Made by a program: the position numbers and the translations under genes. A stretch of DNA of 60,089 bases, filler included, from Sluysia triapertura (taxonomy: Eukaryota): NCBI GenBank assembly GCA_046118255.1. It is 4 parts of 4 records of this genome, joined end to end, with 100 filler letters (N's around TTAATTAATTAA, not from the genome) between each part and the next. Parts side by side here need not be neighbours in the genome. Positions count along the whole stretch, not along the records: positions 38,142 to 60,089 come from JBJNIA010239549.1; 3 more parts are not named here. One strand, given 5' to 3'. The notes below the pieces were generated by a model. The model had not been told where the DNA came from. It worked only from the letters and a program-made list of their open reading frames with translations, and ran no database searches. This document shows, piece after piece, positions 54,340 to 60,089 of this stretch. Positions within the stretch are counted from its first letter, which is position 1; every line of letters begins with the position of its first letter.

Positions 54340-55841
54340 GCTCGTTATAGATTCACTTTGTAAAAGATTCTAAAGAAAATAAAATAATGTAAATAGGTAT
54401 TAATGTTACTAATAAAGTTATGAATCAGGTTAAATTTAACAATTACTTTTGAGTCATGATGATTGTTGCTATCGAATGGCCTTGTGTCTAATGATGACAT
54501 CAGTAGTCTTATTCGTTGAATATGTTCCGTTAAGTTCGAAGTCCAAGAAAAGTTATCCGTTAGTTCGGTTGCATTGTGTGCGTATATACAATTATTGTCC
54601 GTCTGGAGTTGCTGCATACATGCACCAACCAGATCTGAAGTGTCGTGACTCATCATCCAGATCTGATTTTGTCTTTCGAGCCTCATTAGTGGATGTATCG
54701 ACTTGAAAAAAGCTCTCTTTCAAAGGCAAAATTTTTATGAGAATATGCCGCTGACTGGAATCTCTGTATGCGTCGAAATTCTAAGTTTGCGAATTGTTTC
54801 CGGTTTACTAAAGATTTAAATAATTCTAATTGACATTTACATAATCGGTTATGGTGAATTGGATTTTTTATTTCCAACATAACGAAAATATCTTGTAGAT
54901 TCTTTAACGTGACATTCAAATTATGTCACGTTATCAATAATAAACTAAAAAGAGTGACACTCTGAGCATCGTTTTTCTGTACGTCTACATAACTCAAAAA
55001 TTTTTTTAAATAGTTTCAAAATCATTTTTTACAAAATAACTATAACGGCATACATTTCTTTAAACTTTCGCTTAAATATATCACACGCATATCTACTTTT
55101 CATAACTTTAATTACATCTGACTAATTAAGTTTACCACAAATAAATTTTGGACCATCGGCATTTTGTTTGACATGGGATAAAATTTCTTTAACATGTGAA
55201 TCAGATTGTTTTACATAATGTCTTTGGATTCGATTAATTCTGTTTCCCACAGAACGACTAATGCTATTTACTAAATCTTTGATTTCACCAAAATAATCAT
55301 AGTAAAAAATATGTTCATCTAAAAATAAAAGATTATTAATTCGGCATTTGCTTTCAATTCTTTTGTTAGTTTAACTTGTACAATGAGGCCATCAGTTAGA
55401 ACATCTAATCGTAGAGTAGTCATTTCAAGACTTTCTTTATCATTAATTCTTGGGGTTGTCGTACTGTTTAATTCAACATTTATTAATTCTGAACGAGCTT
55501 TTAATCTAAAATTCATATCTTGTTTGCTGTTAATTGCTATTCAATGTTCTTAACATAAAATTGACGGTAAGCTACTGATTGAGAAAAAAGAATAATTTCT
55601 AAAATGAATTTTTATTATTTTTTAGTACTAATTGAGAAATGAATTTTTATTGGCTGCTCAACCAGAGTAATAAAAATAATGAACAGAGATACTCTGGTTT
55701 GACAACCAATAATAGCACTAATTATTTTTCACATTGACAGGACAACAACATGGAAACCAACAGTGTCGCCATTGATAGTGGTAATTATTAGTTAGTAAAA
55801 TTAGTAAATTAAAATTTAAATGATAATAATAATAATAACAA

Positions 55842-55908
<67 letters not shown>

Positions 55909-56573
55909 AATCGCATAAACTCTTTAAAAATTGCATGATCTTTCTTTATTTCTTTCTTGTTCTCAACATATTTGAAGTTCGTAATTTAGTTGATGACCTT
56001 TTTGATTACTATGTTTTAAATTGATTCTATAATGTGATTTTACTATTTTTCGATGATCTACAAGATTGAGTGTTGAGACATTATGGACTTGAAATGTTTT
56101 GGATTAGTTTTAAATGTATATTTGATGGTTTTGAATAAGGTAAAGTTTGAATATTAGAAGATTATGATTTGAAAATGTATTGAAAAGAGAGTGGTTTAGT
56201 GGATCTGAGAAGATAAATTATAGTCTAGATTTTGGTACATTCTAAAAAGGTTATTGTGCGATGTTGGTATTGAACTATGTGTGAAAATATTTTTAATGAG
56301 TTTTTAAAATGTAGGTTGATAGTTTAAGATGTAAATTGTAGTTCTAATGTTGTGAGATTATGGGTTAAAATGTCCAAAATGAAATTTAAATGTGTATTAA
56401 TGATGTAAATATTGGATATAAGTGTGGTTTTGATGTAAGATTGTGAATTTAAAATGTTTTGAAATGTAAAAAGGTTTTAATATGTCTGAGAAAGTGAGAT
56501 GTAAGATGTAAGAAAATGTGATATTTTGTATGAATTATTAGTTCAAATTCCAAGTGAAAGGTTGGCCACCACA
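54340..56573 (-). mobile_element. Cassette family copy F with decayed cargo and CCCH module
   Basis: Minus-strand TGTGGTGGCCAACC at 56573; arm motif at 56319-56351; AGAAAGATCATG at 55934-55945; 22-bp inverted repeat at 55648-55711; intron at 54446-54370. Confidence 0.78.
54345..55516 (-). pseudogene. Fragmented ORFs ending in a frameshifted CCCH finger (RHFRSGWCMYAATPDG / DNNCIYAHNATEL)
   Basis: Two adjacent frames reconstruct a finger collinear with copy A, followed by H..RI..L..S.D as in copy A. Confidence 0.55.
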
Positions 56574-56615
56574 TGACCTATCAACCAAATTCAACAATTA
56601 ATTTTCATTATAGTA

Positions 56616-56766
56616 CACTTAAACCTGTTTTTATGGGGTCCTTTTTTGTGCGTTTTTTAATATTGTTTCGAAAACTACTTTTATAGGTACTCGTGAAGTT
56701 TTATCTGATTTTTTTAATGTTTCTTTTATGCGGTCCCTACCCACCGCACAAAAACAGGTTTGAGCG
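56616..56766. mobile_element. pogo/Tigger-like MITE
   Basis: Imperfect TIRs CACTTAAACCTGTTTTTATG / CACAAAAACAGGTTTGAGCG with TA flanks. Confidence 0.75.
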
Positions 56767-59106
56767 TAAATTATACATAATTTTTTAGTAGGCACTTTAA
56801 ATCTATTGTGTGTTGCCTTTTTATTTTACATCTCAAGCAACATTTATTTATGAAACATTCATAACTAACATGATACAGTTGTTTTTAGTATTACATTATT
56901 CGTTATTCGTCATCAAAAGTCAGATTAGTTATAAAAAGGAAAAAGTTCTATTTGGAAAATATCTTGTCAGTGTAAAATTTTAACAGTTTTATTACCGAAA
57001 CAATGTTTCCCTCGTTTCTAATAAATTTCAAAAATACAACAAATGAACTTTATTCAAGGAAACATTTTATGTAGTGATATTTGATTATATAATTTCTAAA
57101 TAATCAAAATATGTATATTAAGTCTAAGGGATTTCTTCATTCTTTATGATAAATAATACTCGAATTTACAATTCTTTTTATTACAATGATTGATAATTTT
57201 ATCCAAGTTTATATATAAATAATATTTATTTGTTTATTTTAATTCTCCAATTTTTATTTTGTACAGTTTTTCACTCGTTTTTATTTTGCATAATTTTCTG
57301 AGTTACATAAGTAAAAATATAAATATAAATACTTGAGGCAAATTCTAGTCTAATTTAACATAAAAATAAACAAATTTCACCTTAACATATTAGCGCCAAA
57401 ATAAATATGGCTGTATATTAAATTAAAACAAAATTATTTTAATTATTGTTAAATCAAAACACGTTTGGTTTTAATAAAATAACTTACACCATTTCAAAAA
57501 TAATACATAAAAATCTATTAATTTTTTTCACTTTACTTAACATTTTTACTTCAATAATGATTAATCTTATTACTTTTTTTAATATTCATTATTATATTCT
57601 ATTTAAGTGATAATTTTTTATGATCAAACTGTTTGTTGAAAAAGAAAATCAGGTAAATGAAACCTGACAAAATATAAAGAAAAGAAAATGACAAAAATCA
57701 TCTGTGTTATAAACATCATGCTTAATTAAATTATACTTAATTCATGATATTTTGTTAAAATTTATACATTTATATGCAAAAATATGATTTTATTTAATTT
57801 CTATTTATTTTGATTTCTAAAATATTATACAAATGATTTTATAAGTTAAGTATTGCAAAACTTAAAAACGCTATTAATTCATTACTGGCTGTTGACTTAG
57901 TAATACGTCATTTTTGTCTGAAATCCAGTAGCCGCTGACGTAGCAGTACGATTTTTGATAGAATAACTTTGTTTGTGTAGCCATCAAACAATCGATTAAG
58001 AATTTTTAGCAGCCAGTTATGAGTTAAATGTTTCTTAATAGGTTTAAAAAAATTTTAAAACCGTTTAGTTGTTTTAAAAACATTCAATACAACTCAATTT
58101 AAATCATTTACAATTTTAAAAACATTGTACTTATTTCAACTTTTTATTTTACATCTTCAAAACCTTTATTATCAGGTTATACTCTTCATATTTTGTAATA
58201 AAACGTATAAATTAACTTCCAGTCAGTTATTACTTCTAATAGTCAGTATCTTCTATTAATGATAGATTTCAAAACTTTTAATGGTTCTTTAATGCTACCA
58301 TAAAATTATTATGCAATATCTATTTTATTTTATTCAATTTTAATAATTAATTAGATTTTATAGTAACTTTAATAAATTAATTTAAAAAATATTAATATCT
58401 ACTATAAAGTACTTCAAAATCATTTATTATAATATTTCTAAATTAGAATGAACTTTGACTTTACTTTAAATGCTTCGTTAAATAATATTTAAATATAGTT
58501 TCAGTTGAATCACAAATCACACAGTTAATTTTACAAATAAAACAAGATCTTAACTCTATCATCATAATTCCATTTAGTTATCGTGGAAATGGGATCTTCC
58601 GGATTTACTTTATTAATAAATTATTTTTATTAAGGGTGTTTTAACTTTCGAAACATTGAAACATTAAAATAAAATAATGAAAGTAATTTACTTTTAAAAT
58701 TATAAATACAATTTAACGGTCCAAAACAGGTTTTAATTTTAACTTATTTTATTTTGATTTTTTTGTCTACCTTGAATCTATTTTTAGTTGTACACTTAAT
58801 TCGTCTTTTGTTATTAATAAAATTACCAATATTAATACTTGTGTTTGTAATTGATTGCAAACCGGCGAAACTTTTCATTCATTTAACATATACTTGACTT
58901 AAGACCCTTCATTTAAGAATTGACATATTAAAAGCAATTAATTATCTCGTTTAATCAGTATTTCTACATATGCGAATAAAATAAATATACATAAGCTAAG
59001 TCACGCAAAATAAACTGAAGGAATAGAAATCAACATATAAACTCTACGTTATGATTTGTCAAGTTTTTGTTACAAGTACACCCACTTTACGTTGTAAGTC
59101 GTTCAT

Positions 59107-59169
59107 TGTAACCGGACCCTGCTAAAAATTATTTTGCTGTAGGTTAAGAGTTAAGGAAACCACAGCATT
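59107..59169 (+). mobile_element. Second copy of the TGTAACCG terminal repeat
   Basis: tgtaaccggaccctgctaaaaa...gctgtaggttaagagttaaggaaaccacagcat closely matches 2505-2566. Confidence 0.7.
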
Positions 59170-60023
59170 ACATAGATATTAATAATTTATATAGTTGGCT
59201 TCATTACAGCCATTATAGCATAAAGTTTTCCAATGAATTTGAAATTTGCCAAATACAGATACCGTAAATATTAAAATGTTGACTTTATTACTTCATCTTT
59301 TGTGCATGGTTATTTAGATTACTTACATGTATCCCCATCTATTCCAAAAGTTATTATAAACTGCAATTGTTAGTCAAGTAAACGCACCAGTTAAATTTAA
59401 TCAAAATTGTATTGATTATAATTCATATAAGCATAATCATAGAACGATAAATTTTTAAGAACAGTTTGTATATGAAGATTAACAATTTCAAAACTTTTTT
59501 GAGGCACATGCACTAATGAATTCAATGAAATGAATACTTTTAGTTCTTCGGTTTATCGATTTTGTTATTAAACATAACATTTGCTTCTACAAATTCCAAC
59601 AATTTTTTTTAAAGCTATCAATAAATCGTAAAAATTTTGTTTACATAAATGTGTCATTGTTTCATTTTGCATGTAATAAAAACATAAGTATAATATATTT
59701 ATAATATAAATAAATTTGAAACATTTCTACAGGTCAGTCATGATGTAACAGCAAATATGTTACAAGAAACAATATTCATTTAACCAATAAAATTAGTTTA
59801 CATAGCAGTATTATAATTTTTACAAAAGCTAATTCAAACGAAGTATGTGTTAACATAAAAGTAGGAAATTATTATTATTATTACTATTATTATTATTGTT
59901 ATAAAAATAATCAAGTGTACTTTACACCGAAAATATCAACATATTTTTCTAAATATTCACTGAAATTACATTTATTTAATTATATACTAAGTGGTTAGTT
60001 AGAGTAACGTAGTAGTAACTTTA

Positions 60024-60089
<66 letters not shown>

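Noticed and set aside
45054-56573. Copies D/F (or B/C, E/F) as the paired TIRs of one giant transposon
   Set aside because: The arms are much less identical than TIR pairs should be and no target-site duplication matches (ttaa or atca versus tgac). Not excluded for very old insertions.

Overview
Very AT-rich (roughly three-quarters A+T by eye) eukaryotic, most likely animal, genomic scaffold with spliceosomal GT-AG introns (some only 34-36 nt), four assembly gaps and dense decayed transposons. One clear host gene is present: the six 3' exons of a V-type H+-ATPase subunit a gene (13618-21426, +). Recognisable mobile DNA includes an internally deleted Tc1 element, a second Tc1/mariner transposase relic, piggyBac-like, pogo-like and TGT-ended MITEs, and relics of RLE-type non-LTR, Gypsy and Penelope elements. 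The most striking feature is a dispersed cassette family with at least 6 copies plus 2 stubs, on both strands. The full layout is: 5' end TGTGGTGGCCAAC, a 0.5-0.8 kb G-poor strand-skewed arm, an AGAAAGATCATG motif, an (ATT)n tract, and inverted repeats carrying CCAAT boxes whose stem sequence differs between copies but stays paired. Variable cargo follows: a WASHC4 fragment, an EFA6/PSD Sec7 domain with a catalytic E-to-K change, or an intact 544-aa repeat-built ORF. Three copies end in a shared 3' module with a common intron, and two of those have a CCCH zinc finger. This looks like an unclassified gene-capturing or exon-shuffling element. All homology calls are by eye, with no database search.
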